Origin: Haplodiscus bocki
Lineage: Eukaryota
NCBI GenBank assembly: GCA_965655095.1
Contig: OZ296649.1
Span: forward strand, 105,710,001 to 105,774,000
Direction of reading: 5' to 3'
DNA length: 64,000 nucleotides
In this document: piece after piece, positions 36,191 through 49,042 of the stretch
Position numbering within the stretch: the first letter of the stretch is position 1
How the letters are laid out: each line of letters starts with the position of its first letter
Program-made: the position numbers and the translations under genes
The notes under the pieces: generated by a model
The model's database searches: none
Told to the model about the DNA's origin: nothing
The model's input: only the letters and a program-made list of their open reading frames with translations

Positions 36191-39100
36191 GATTTCTCCC
36201 ATCTCATTCACAGTTTGATTGCTAATGATTAGGGGTTATTCAGAGTCGGAGTTGCCCTATTCATCGTTTTTTTAGTCAATTATCTGGACATTTACTGTGA
36301 AAATTAACAGTTTTTTCTTGCATTTGAAGATATTTTCTTGGAATGTACTGTTTTTTTCGTCAAAAGTGTTCTCGGTTGATAATTTTTACTTTTCGCTTCT
36401 TGCGGGTGCATTAACCAAAAAATTTTAACTACCAACAGAATCTCTTGAGTTAGTTTTCAGATGTACTGCATTTTCAGTGTCACAACTTTGCTGGTTTTCG
36501 GTAGTTCTGGTGTAACCAGTACGTTGAAGGTTTTTCAATGACATTCCGCTGGAGTGGTCTTGTGTCGTGAGTGTTCGCGAAGCACAGTCTCACTTCTGCG
36601 TTTAAGTTCATTTACCTCACACCCTACCTATCTGACAATTTTTTTCTTCAGACATGGCCTATCTACGATGTTTTTGGACATGTTTTTGATCGGCTTTCTG
36701 CGAAACAGCTTAGGGAATTCGTCCATTTTTCAAGATCTATCAAGTTTGAATTCCTATTTCTTCTCGCCGATGTCATCAATGATCTATTTTTTGCATAAGC
36801 ATAACACAGGGATACGAATCCATCAATGAATTTTGGTTGCGGTTCGAAAATTTCGAACAACTTTCGAATTGGATGAATTTTGAATTTTTTGTTGGCAAGT
36901 TTGTAGATCTCTTTCACTTATAAGTTGTATATCCCGGTATCCAAGTTTCAGATCAGCTTTTTGTTGCATCGGAATTACATGGAGACTCCAATCTCTTTGA
37001 TTGCGGTGTTTAGCGTTTTCGATTGCTTATTCGACAAAAAATTGTTGAATCGAGTTGTTGAGAACGTAATTCGTCAAAATTCAGTCCTAAATCTCGAAAT
37101 GTGAGTCGCGAAATCACATAAATTTTCGCTGAGCGTACCAGGGTGGCACCATTCTACACAATACTTTTTTGTTATGCCCTCCTAAGAGCATGACTGGATG
37201 GCGCCAATGTATCATTAATAATTTTTGGTTGGGGTCTACTGAAACCTGGCGATGAAATTTATACATTCATCATCCTCGAATCACCCAATTTATGCCCAGA
37301 CTCCTCCTCTCTAGACATGATATAAAATGGTTGCTGTCCGAAATTTTTCCTACTCAAGATCGTTTTGTCCATTTTGACGAAACTTTTTTTATCTTCGGAC
37401 GTAGACTTTCAACTCCAGTATATCTTGTTAAGAAGTAGCGAAATTACTCAAAAATAGTGGTATTAAATTACGATCCGATTTTTTATTTGTTTTGTTAAAT
37501 CCACCTGTCTCTCGATTTGGCCGGCAATTGAGACATTTTGGAATTTCCTTGTTCTGGCACTCGGGTCTTCAAAGTGTGTCAATCTCAGTTGAGGGGAAGC
37601 CTGGGCTGTTTGGCTCTAGTCAGTTTTTCTTCTAGAAATCTGAAAATCAAGTTTTTTTGAGAATAATTTTTCTTTGTCAACCTTCCCCTCCGTGTTCCAA
37701 GTGCTTCTTTCTCTACATAGTAATATCGCTGAAAGTTTTCAGTGATTTGTTATTTTTTATATGGCTTCTGTTTGTTTTTTATTGGTATTGCGCGGAAAAA
37801 TTCAATAGTGGGCTATGTTCTACGAAATTTTCTGTTGAAATTGTCGTAGCTTATAGTTTTGTGCTCGATTGACCAATTCTTTTTGAACGAGAGAATAAGT
37901 TGTTTATTTATTTTGTAATTTTTTCCGCTGGAAGAAAGTTCGTTTGTCTGTGCCCTGAAACAACTAGTCTCAAAAGTGCATGCGAAGGGCCTTTCTTAAT
38001 TCATATGCTTCAGTATTTGAGCCCTTTAGAGGGCCGTTTTTGTTGAATTGCGCGGGGCTGCAGATAAGAGACATCATGATTTGTCGGGATTTTAGGAAAA
38101 GGAAAATTGATTGACGTCATTTAAGCTTTCTTTTAATTACGTACTTCTTTCGAAAATGATTTCTCTCATTTCGTCAAAAGCTACCCTTATTATGCGTGTT
38201 AAGCAACAAACAGAGGGCTGACAGTCGGAACTTTTTACTGTTAGTAAATGTTAATGGAGGTATGGGAAAATTTTTCTTCAAAAAATTCAGTACCTGGGTT
38301 TTCGCAGAAAAAAAATTGCTAGATGAAAGGCTGCTTCGGGAAAATTTTTGGTTATCGACATGGGGGAGGTGTGCATTTACGTGGCAATCAAAGGGTTGTC
38401 GATGATATTAGACATAGATTGAATGTGGCCGTAAAATCCTTCGCTGTTATTGTGCACTAAATCTAAAGGTCAACTTTTGCACTTTCCAGCTGTGCAATTT
38501 TTTAAACATTCGTACTGAAAGGAAGAATATGTATTAAAACCAGCTCATGCCCTGTTTTTCAACCTTGTTTTTATTTTTGACGTTGTCAAAGAGTCTAGTG
38601 GTGTAGTTAACGAAGTTGGTTGGTACTTGTTTATTTTTGCATTCTAAACATCCTTTTTTCAAAACATTGGTCTGAAAAATGGACAACAACGTCTTAAAAG
38701 GTCATGTTTGACATAACAATATTTTGTTTATCGGAAAATTATTAGGAACTTTTTCATTTTGAACTTGCATATTATGTGTGAATTTCATAAATATTAGACT
38801 GTAAAATGGTGAAACCTGGAAAGACATGATTGACAGTTCAGATGTTCAAAAACGAGTCACTGTAACGGGTACCTGTCTCATTTCGTCCCAGTCTAGAACC
38901 AATGAGCACTTCTGTTTTTCGTTTGCTTTAAAGTGACTAAGAAACTAACGCAACAGTTTGATGGTTAGGAAACTTAGAACTGATTGCTATGGTCAACTAG
39001 CTAACTGGCCATTGAACTGATTGTTCGCTGAGACGATTTTAGATAGTTTCTAAGATTAAATGCTGAGAGTGATTCGGTCACGTGAAAAGTGCTAACAAGT

Positions 39101-39970
39101 AGCTGAAGTCACAGACACGTGTGATGCTATTTCATTGAACAGCACAATCGGTTAATTGAGCGGTTGGCTAATTGTACGCCACTTGATATGGTGTATACGA
39201 AGGCCCGGCGCTAAGCAGAAGGACAAATAAAATAAAATTTTCAAAATTGAGACAATGAGTGAAAAAGGAATGAAAACGATTGAATACCCGAATTTAATTA
39301 ATTGGCTACTGCTTGACTCACAAAATAATTCCAAACTCATTCGGCTCGGGATATTCCTACAGTTTATTCTGCTTTTTGGTCACTCTGCCACAAACACTAT
39401 CTGATGGATAGTGAGGCATTCGGATAACATCAATGTTCGGTAGTTGTTATGAATTGAAACCAGGGCACGTATTACGGTCAAGGAGTCTGTTTTTTCGATT
39501 TTAAAGTGCTCGTTTGGTTAATTGAACCTATTTTTGTGCCTCTTTTAATCAATTGAATTTGAATGCCATTCAGAGCTTTTCGGAAAGTCCCGGAAAAGAG
39601 AACTTTTGTCGTTTCGATAAATTTTTAGTTATCGTTGTCGATGACTGGCGGCAAAAGAAGCTATTTTCGAAGTACAACTTATTTGTCACTGATGATAAAA
39701 TCCATTCGAGTACGGATACTTTTAAACAATGCGTTTCCGGAAATTTCAATTACCGCCTAATAAGGTTTTGATGATATTCATTTCTTCTGAAATGTCTGTA
39801 TTTCTGACCTATTTTTGGTAAATTTGAGTGTTTTGAGCCCGTATTTTCGGTAAATTGGCATATGAGAGCTGTATGTAGTGAAACTCTTTCGCAGATAATC
39901 CGCTTCCCTGAGTGAAACCTTTCTGATTTCTAGCCGTTAGGCTCAATTAACGGATGTTTACAATGGGCAG

Positions 39971-40952
39971 CAGTGGCGTCTAGAAATTTCTGAACGGGGG
40001 GGGCGGAAAACAATTTTCAAGCATTAAGTAAATTTCAAACGTCGATTTTTAACAGCAAACTTAGAAATTATAACATCAGAGTCTATCTTCATGTCACTGT
40101 GGATATAGGCTAAAGCTAAGGCGCTGACACGTTCTTCCGTCATGGTTGATCGCAAATATGTTTTCAAAAGTTTGAGTGCTGAAAAAGACCGTTCGGCTTC
40201 AGCAACTGATGCTGCAATTGTGGCAAAAATTCGCAGCAGTGCATCAATCCCTGGCATAAATGTGGCATTTGATGCTTCTAAACATTCTGAAATTGTTTTT
40301 GGCATTTCGTCAATTTCTGTGTTTGCCCTTTTTTGACCATAAAATGAAGTGCTTATCTGCTGTTGATATGGTCTGACGATTTAAGACTTGTGAGATGTCG
40401 TATATCGGGTTTTCATTGGCGGTAGATACTGCTGCACTACTGCTATGCGTTGGTGCAGCAGCTGTCTGTGACGGCCCGGGAGGGTTGCGGTCCTCTTGGG
40501 TAGCCTCGGGTTCGGGCTGACTCGTACTGGTGACATCTGACTGCTTAGGACGCTTCTTGAAGAAGTTTGAAATCGATACCGTGTTAATTCGTTTCGACAT
40601 GTCATCTGAAATATGCCGCACAGTCATACATGCACGCTAAATGTATTCGTTGATGACGCAAATGCACTCAGAAAGACGCCTCACATGTCAAAACGACGTT
40701 AGCACAATATCTGTTCTCACAACCAATCACGTCACAGCCGCGTAGCAACGTGCCGCGCCTTGCTTTGCCATGCATCGCGACCGAATACGAGCTATAGTGC
40801 ACGCCTTTGAAGCCAAGTTCACCTTAACATTTACGCACGTGCTCAATTTGACCAAATTCGGGTGTTAAATTGATATATTACCCGATATATTTTGCCACTG
40901 AACGGGGGGGGGGGGGGCGGTCGCCCACCGCCCCCCCTTAAAGACGCCACTG
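39971..40952 (-). mobile_element. Internally deleted non-autonomous hAT DNA transposon
   Basis: 11-bp TIR CAGTGGCGTCT/AGACGCCACTG, perfect 8-bp TSD ATGGGCAG (39963-39970, 40953-40960). Confidence 0.95.
40024..40627 (-). pseudogene. hAT transposase remnant: N-terminus joined out of frame to the C-terminal dimerisation domain
   Basis: SVAEAERSFSALKLLKTYLRSTMTEER...LAL..IH is the hAT C-terminal dimerisation motif; the catalytic core is missing. Confidence 0.9.
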
Positions 40953-41299
40953 ATGGGCAGTTATAGTCCAAGTGCCTATTTTATCGACCTCTCCTCGAGT
41001 ATAATTAACCCACTCCGTTTTGGTGCATGAACGAAAAAATGACGAGACTAACAATAGTGGTTTTAATTCGGTGAACTCCTGAGCAAAAACTAGCGTTTTT
41101 GAAGCCAAAAACTAGTTGTTATACGGTGAAATCCGTTGATCCGGTTGCATAACCGTAGTGCGACCGAATTGTCCTTGAGAACTAATTTTGGAAACTTGTT
41201 AATTTGTTTGTTTAAACTCGAACCTTGCATACCATTAAAACTGAAAATCAATTAACAGTAGAATTAGAAACTCAGAACACAACTCTTTTCATTGATTTT

Positions 41300-42890
41300 C
41301 TGTAGAATAGAACATGGCGCAGTAAGCAGGATCCGAAGCAAGACATCAAATAACATGAGGCGATTACGGAACTGAGCCGGACAAAAACAAAGTCGACAAG
41401 GTATTAAACTATACAACAGATAGTTTCTACCGAAAAGAAACAAATGCAACTCATGAGATTTTTTTGAGCGAAACAATCAAGCACAGAAATGCCTGAAAAT
41501 CATTGGATAGTATAATGGAATTAGAAAAAGAATGAGATATTCCGGATTTTCGCACAGATTTACTCATGTCAAAATTTGTAGCACCAATTACCGACAAGGA
41601 ATTACGGTAACATATACCGGAAAATATTGATCCAGAAAGGCAGAGCGAAATTGCAGATGTTCTAACACACCAAATCGGAATGAAAATCACGGATGTCCAG
41701 CCGGAGAATTAGATAAGTTGAAGAAATTACGGAACCCGAAGAGGCCGACAAATCGATAAACTTTATTATTGAAAAAATCGACGTCACCAACCGAAGAAAT
41801 CATTACCATGACAATGAAAATGGACGGAACAGAAAAAATTATCGTAGATACCGGGTCCCAGCTTACAATTTTACCACCGGACAAAGAAATAATAACAAGG
41901 AAATATTACCGATGATTAGAAAGTATCAAGACGTCAGTAAGAACGAAGTGAAATTTCTTGGAAAAATTACGGTAGAAGCAGATAACAAAGGAATTAGAAA
42001 GATGCACATGCTTGTTAGCGAACGAGAAGATATGAAGCCATTGCATGCTATGGATTGGCGACCAGAATTCAATTGGACGATACGAAATTTTGAAAGAGCG
42101 ACGAGTGGAACCGACCAATTAGAAAACAAAATTTTAAATATTTTGAAAAGCTCTTCAAAACGAACCGAACAATGAAACATACCGAAATTAAAATACAATT
42201 AGAAAAGGGGCCACCCACCCAGGAAACAAGAAGCGGGACCTATACCATACCACTTACTTAATTGCGTCGAAAAACAAATAAACTAATGAACTCCTGGCAT
42301 TTAAAGAATACATTTTGGTTCCTATCTGCAGTTGTCATAACCGTGAAACTGGATGAATCAGTAGAATTTGCATTGGATTTGAGAAAACTAAAAGACAGCT
42401 GCATGTAATTGGGACAATATATGCCGAATGTGGAAGAACTATTGAATCAAATATCCACCGAATTAAAGGTACAGAATGAACCACTATGGATATCGAAATT
42501 AGATCTTGAGTACGCATATGGCCAATTAGAACTGTCCGAAAAAACAAGCAAACAATGTAATTTTGCATTTACCGGGAGAAATTTGAATGGATGTTACATA
42601 AATAAACGAGGGTTCTCCATTCTATCCGACGTTCCGACAATATTTCTAGAGAAGTCGCCCAAACATTGAATGGTAACAAGGTGGAATAAAGAAAAACACC
42701 ATAACTATTTACAATACTACAGAAACTTCACGAAGTCGTTTATAGAGCAAGCGAGAAAGGGTCCATTTTGCTTTTTAAGGAAACAACCTGATTGGGACAT
42801 GTTATCAACGAAGAGGGAATAAAACCGAATAAAGAAAAGGTTAAAGCTATTTTGCAATTTAAATCACCTGCATCAACTATGTTGAAAAAA
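41300..42890 (+). mobile_element. Decayed Ty3/Gypsy LTR retrotransposon internal fragment (gag remnant, protease, RT)
   Basis: IIVDTGSQLTILP aspartic protease (~41840), MPNVEELLNQIS...WISKLDLEYAYGQLELSE RT motif, LGHVINEEGIKPNKEKVKAI; many stops; no LTRs recognised. Confidence 0.85.
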
Positions 42891-43233
42891 CTTAAACTAA
42901 ATTTCTAACGTTATAGGCGAGATTGATAGCCAAATAATTGTATCTGAAACTTTTTCTTTCTTTCGGTGGTGAAAAACCTGAAAAATAGTCAAAAGCAGAG
43001 TATGTCTCAAAATACTATTAGGGCGGAGTTGATTTGCTTGAAACAAGTGTACTTTTGTATAAAGTTTAGGAAAACGTAGCTTTTGCTGGGATGCAAACCC
43101 GCTACCTGTCGATTTGGTAGGTTTTTTAAAAAGTTATTTTGAAAAAATTGGGTACGCAGTTCCAATTTTCTTTCGAAAATTCGTCGATATTTGCTTTAGT
43201 TTGCGGTATAAATTTTAAAAATGATGTAACCTA

Positions 43234-43285
43234 TACCGGGGCTCGAACCCGCGACCTGTGCCTTATAAACCCACTGAGCCATATA
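43234..43285 (-). mobile_element. tRNA-derived SINE head
   Basis: Minus strand TGGCTCAGTGG (A box) ... GGTTCGAGCCC (B box) with shortened spacing. Confidence 0.6.
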
Positions 43286-43739
43286 AAATGTAAATAACGC
43301 AACAATGCACACTCATTGAAGTTGCATCGATTCAATGAGTCTGTTGTCGAACAAAAAGAAATTTAAAAAGCCACAGTAATAGTCAGCATTCGTACTGAAG
43401 TAAAACGCCGAATAAAAACGCTAATAAAATCTTATGAAAAATCGAAGAAACTTATCCTCCTCCTGTTTTCTCCTAAAATTGTCGTGCTTTGAGAAACTGG
43501 TTTCCTAAATTGCTTAATTTATACTAAGGAGTTCACTTAATCAAAGCAGTACTGTAGAAATTGAATCCTTGGAAGAGATTAAAACTACCTACTAATGTTT
43601 TTGGTAGTGAAAAGTCTCGCTGAGTAAAAAATTGAAGTTAATTTATCCCTCAACTGGACGCTCATCCGGTTGTGTGTAAACTCGCTTTTGCTTCTAGTTG
43701 AAATGTTTTTTAATATCATTGCGACCTTTTGTATTTTAG

Positions 43740-45108
43740 GTCATCTGTGCACGACTTGGCGATGTCCTCAATAGCCAACTTATTCGGAGCATCTCAAAAA
43801 GTTACGACTTTTAATAACATCAATAGACCTTACTGTCCTTCTTCGCTGCGCACTAATGCAAATTACGCGTCATCGGCAATCAATGCAGTTTCTAACTTTG
43901 CCTCTACTCCTTGCGATCAGAGGGCGAACTCAACTTATGCTGCAACGAGACCTATGGGTTTGGGTTTGTCTCATACCGAGCTGAGAGCTCATTTATTCGA
44001 TGACTGTTATTCTCCGCCCATCTATGACGTTCCCCTAGACGAGCCTCTTCAGCAATACTCGCAGTCATGCCACAACTCTCCGCTTCATAAGACCACTTTA
44101 GGAAACAGTCATCCTTATGACCATTTAGTGCCTGAAGCTTTGGCAAACGAACAACTCTTCTCTGGATACAGCCAAGCTTCGCCCATGATAGAAAGTAGCA
44201 GTGATCTCGACAGATCTTCATGCGTATTTCAGGAAGGAAACTCTTGCAACATAGAAAGTAAAAAACCTAAACCGCTTCAAAAACAAGAAAATGTGACCAT
44301 CAATGATATGAATTTCAAAGATTCACTGTCTTCTCGAAACTCCAACAACAGTCTTTTGTCTTCGACGCGACCTTATAAAAAGATGATGAATGGACCGCCT
44401 AGTTCTTCAACTGGACAAGCTTCGGGTATCAGGTCGCAGAATTGCGACTCTAGATGGTCTGCACATAGAAACAGCGGCGGAGTGAGGAGGGAACCCAAAA
44501 GTGTAATACGGGGCAGGGCTTCTAGTTTATCAGACAATGACTGCTTCTCAAGTGACGAAGATGAGCTTCAATGTTATTCACCCGTCTCGAAACAAAGTGC
44601 TACTGAAATGGCAGAATCAAATCCGGATAAAATTGAGAATGATCTGAACCTGTCAAATCTGGCGGCCGAAATCGAAGAAGAGTTTGGGTCTGCAAATAGC
44701 GATCAAAGGGTTGTCTCCGAAGATGAAAAAACATTGGGGTCAGAAGGAAAGTTGCCAGATGAGAATGCAGAAGATCTATGGAAGCAGCAAAATTCGGAAC
44801 GACAATCAAATCGACCCGTTTTTTATGATCGGACAAAACCGGTTGCAAATCAGCTTTCTGCTGTTAGAGAGCCCATTGGTAGCAGGAAAACTTCAGCACC
44901 TAACGAAAGAGACAAAAGTTACCAAAGATCAAAACCATCAGCTATCAAAAAACGGTTTCCTCAGAGGGCTGACTCATACGCAGGGCATGTTTCTCCTATT
45001 TTAGATGACAGGTTTGATAAACGTACGAGTGTCGAAAACGTGAACAGGTCTGCTTTGGGCAATTCTAACAATTCTGATCAATTTTATTATCAAACTACTA
45101 TGGTATAA
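43740..45108 (+). CDS. Terminal coding exon of the PLC-like host gene; Ser-rich disordered tail ending in PDZ-binding motif TTMV
   Basis: Acceptor ttttgtattttag|G; phase matches the donor at 33433 (AG|G = Arg); ~455 codons open without stops. Confidence 0.8.
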
Positions 45109-46317
45109 TTATGGTATGAATGCCATCTATCGCAAACTAAATTTTGCATTCATTTTGTAGTTGATTTGTGCAACCTAAAAGGTTATGAATTTTCTAGAAT
45201 TGAAAAATGTAGAATTATTTATTTGAACTGAATTTTGAAAATTTTGATGTTGCCTCTTCACTACGTCCGATGATTCTCGTCTCATAATTTTCAACTTGAA
45301 TTTTCGATCACGCTATCACACGTCATACGGAATCAGGGAATTTCTCCAATGATTGTTACGTTTCTTGATCAATGACGATGTAATCTTTGAGCCTGTCGCT
45401 AGTGTTGCCACTGTAACTGAACCCTAACTATAAATGATTATAGCTTCAAATGGAATCGAATCAAATTTCCGCTAAATGAAACTGCGACTGAGAAAAAGTT
45501 CATTTGACCCAACTGAAATTGAACTTCGATAAATAAGACAGTCGAGGCAATTTTTCAGGAGGCGCCTAATCTCAAAGTTTACTCTTCCTGTTCGCTTTAT
45601 CCTTTTTCGTTTTTTTTCTAATGCAGGTTCTGATAAAATCTTGCCGAGCTACTTCACGCGTGGTTTATATCTAGCAACCTTGTTGTCTGAGTTTTTTTCT
45701 ATCAATAATTTTTTTCACCTCGAGACATTATGTCCGTTAAATTCTATTTTAAAGTAGTCGACTTAGCATGCAAGTTTTAAATACTACATACATGCATGCG
45801 CCTTTTTTTCAAACAAAAAAAATGCAAATTCATACACCGTGTATGGAAAATTCTCGCCAATTTTCCAGGCTACATGGGAAATTTTTACAAAACTTCCTTG
45901 CAACATCCAATTTTTTTTCATTTTTTAAATTTTTTCTTCGCAAAATTTTGACAAAAGTTATATTCTCAATATTTTTATACACTACTTCACCTAAGGAAAG
46001 TGGTACTAGCTGTTTGTACCCTCTCCACAAACAGTCAGAAAAAAACAATCTCTGTACCAAATATTGACGAAAGTTAATAACTATAGAGGAGATGTATGGT
46101 CTCAATTTGGTAATACTAGTTTTCACCGTCAACCATTTTATTTCAGTCTTTTCTGAGATTTGGTGTTTCGATCAAAAATTTTTTCATTGAATGCTAAATT
46201 GTCCTATTTTTACCTAATGAGAAATATCTGTTGCATTTGAAAACTTTCAGGCGGCACAATGGAAAATCCGAAAAATGAATAAATTATCTTGGTTGTCTTT
46301 GGTATCATAATTAAATA

Positions 46318-46380
46318 CAGTGGATTCAGCTTATAACTTCATCGCCTATAGCGTCAAGCCGTGTATAACGTCGTAGTTTC
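46318..46380 (+). mobile_element. Possible Tc1/pogo-type terminal sequence
   Basis: TA|CAGTGGATTCAGCTTATAAC with tataac/tatagc sub-repeats; partner TIR not found. Confidence 0.3.
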
Positions 46381-47754
46381 ACCGCCGTGCGGGGGTAAAA
46401 ATTAGTTAGTCCTAGACTGACGTTATTTTTGGTTTTTACTACACTATTAAACATACTCATAAAATATGTAGTATCTTCAGTTTGAATCGATTGTATGGTT
46501 TATCTTCTACAGTTGTTTATTTTTATGCAATAATTGGCTGAAAAAGCAAGCAGCAAACTTTTTAGTTCTTTCAACCTTACAAAACTCCTTTCTGATTAAC
46601 TCCAGTTAAAATTGTGAAATAAATGATTAAAGATTTTGGGCTAGCGAATGATCATCCCCTTAGCACCGCTTATAAAATACATTATTTCGGGGAAAAATTA
46701 TAACATGAATAAAATGGCAGCAATTAAGTCCCGAAATCTCTATGATTTGCATTCCTAAATTGGTTCCGACGATTTTTGCTCATCTGGGTAGAGCATCAAA
46801 TGAATAAGCGCACGTTCCATTTTTGTGATCAATTGTTTCACTTTTATGATTTTCCTATCAAGAAGAATCAATCTGCTTTCAAAATTTGATCACAAACTCA
46901 AATGAGTGGAATTTGTAGCCCCGTTTCATTAACATAACCCCCCGCCCCCAACATTTCTCAAATGTCGGCAACTTTAAGTCGGACCACTTTTCTAATTACA
47001 TTTGTACTCTGGGTAGAAACTTTAGGGTACTGGAAAAATATCTTGGTTCTGGTTTTCGTAGCTGGCGCTATAAGCGTTCCAGGTCATTTTTCGATGTGGT
47101 GAAACCGGTGGAGCGAATGACACCGAGCTTCATTGCAAATGTTCATAAACGAAAAGTATAGAGAAATGGGCGTATAGTAGTATAGTGATTTGTATGGTTT
47201 GCAACTGGTCCCAGGATTTATGCAATCCTTCAATGCGTGAAAATTCACCCCGAGACGCACAGGATACAATTTCAGGTTGTCTGGCTGTGCACATTTCAAG
47301 TGTTTGGTTATATAGCGCACTAGCTGAGGTTACAATGACCCTGTTAACGGGAGCTAAACCACACATCGCGTCCTCACTAACTGCGCTATGTAGCAAAACA
47401 GAAGAACTGTTTATGGTGTTATCAAAACACTAGATACGCAAGCGGCACTGCTATAAAAGAAATAAACTTGAAAAACCACTTGGAGTGGGAAAAGCGGAAA
47501 CACGAAAGATCTTAGGTACTACCTGGAAATATAGAATTTTAGAAAATTACAATTTGTCTGAGACAATTTTGATTCTCGCAAAAAGTGGCTGTCTCAAGTG
47601 AAAGGAATTTCAAGTACCACATATATCGATCAACAACAAGTCAGAGGTTGCTTAACATCATTCTAAGCCGAAACTTTGCGAAATCACGCTCATCTCTCCA
47701 AGTTGATTTAGAAAACTAACCCAGCTTCAAAAAAATCAATCATCTATCACAAAC

Positions 47755-48492
47755 ATGGAAGTGACACTACTTCTGAACGGACGACTTTACAATCTTGAGG
47801 AAAGTCACAACGAAGTGCCAGAGCTGATCACCATCTTAACCGGCGAGGAATCTGATGAAGTCATAGACAATTTCTCGGATGGCCAAGCGAACGCTAAGTC
47901 TGTAAGTACCAATAAATCCATTCTTTTCTGAAAAATTACCAAGAGTGAAATTTTGAACTGGGAGGCGATGGGAGATAACACTGAGGGCAATTAGACACAG
48001 AACTCTCGAAAAGTACTTGCTATTAAAAGAATGAAATTATGTTCTAGGAGAAAACAGAGGAAACTTTGAATTGCAGCCTCTCTACAAAATAAAGAACAAG
48101 GGGAGCCAACCTCGAGTCTGCTAGCAACCGATTGCTACGGCAACCGATGAAGATGGTTTCTACCGCTTTGCCGAAGTTGAAAGGCCGGCGCACAAATGGG
48201 CGGAGGAGGCACCAAAATCGAAGGCACTAGCCCCTAAGCAAATTCTGTCGGTGTCAACGTTACATCAGAACTTGGAGGCGGTTTGCAAACCTTTCGATGG
48301 AAAAAACGCGGGGACAACTGTGGTTCTGAATCCTGCTTCGGCGGATATGGTATACATGCCTACCCCCTTGCTAGAAAAATGCTCCTGATCACCGGCATCA
48401 GAGACTGTGACATCGAAATATATGGGAGAGAAGGTGACCATATCAACATGGCCAAGGCAATTGATGAAGCATTGCGTAACCTCACTTTTTAA
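47755..48492 (+). pseudogene. Highly divergent, intronless ribosomal protein uS5-like gene
   Basis: FELQPLYK...RVC*QPIATATDEDG...FDGKNAGTTVVLNPA/(frameshift)GYGIHAYPLARKMLLITGIRDCDIEIYG...INMAKAIDEAL aligns by eye with uS5 (PVQK..RFKAFVAIGD.NG...GKCGSV.VRLIPAPRGTGIV.APV.KKLL.MAGIDDC....G....NFAKATFDAI). Start uncertain. Confidence 0.65.
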
Positions 48493-49042
48493 ATTGAACT
48501 CTTGATTTATTTTATTTCTGTGTTTCATTTATTGTATTTTTGTAAATAATTCATTTTTTGATGTTGTTTTTCATCCTTCAGAGCTCTCTAGATGAGCATA
48601 AATGGTCATCCTCAGTGATGTGTGCGGAACCCCACACTCTCAGACTATTTCATCCCAGGGGCTCGTATACCGGCTCTGAAAAAAATGAGTGATATGTATG
48701 GCTCGAAATAACTTCCAAATTAAAAGACTTTCAAGATTATTTCCGCAGATAATTTTGAGCTTTTCGATATCGTCTTTTTTCATAGCGATTATTTAACGGT
48801 TTTTTGGGCAGCCTTTTTGTACGGTACTTTTATGACGACCATTTCCATTAGGTCCCTTTTTGACAGCGAAATTTTTGACGGCGTTTTGGGCAGCATTTTT
48901 GTACGGGACTTTTTTGACGAGCATTTCGCGAGACAACGAACAATGTATTGAAAAACTAACAGAGAAGACAGGCAGGATCCCAGAGAAAGTTTAATCACTG
49001 TCGCTAGGTATCAATACAACACGTCCTCGTTTATTTAAAGGC

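Noticed and set aside
34400-39900. Minus-strand ORF fragments (e.g. 35636-36154, 36663-36917) as genes
   Set aside because: Fragmented, no diagnostic motif; likely an old unclassified mobile element in the intron.
20803-43285. Functional tRNA genes at 20803-20870 and 43234-43285
   Set aside because: Only A/B boxes are present, with no complete cloverleaf; treated as SINE heads or pseudogenes.
48790-48930. Short imperfect repeats (ttttgggcagc..tttttgtacgg..ttt.tgacg) as a Polinton TIR or CRISPR-like array
   Set aside because: Only two degenerate units, no AGTAGT terminus, no spacers, and a eukaryotic context.
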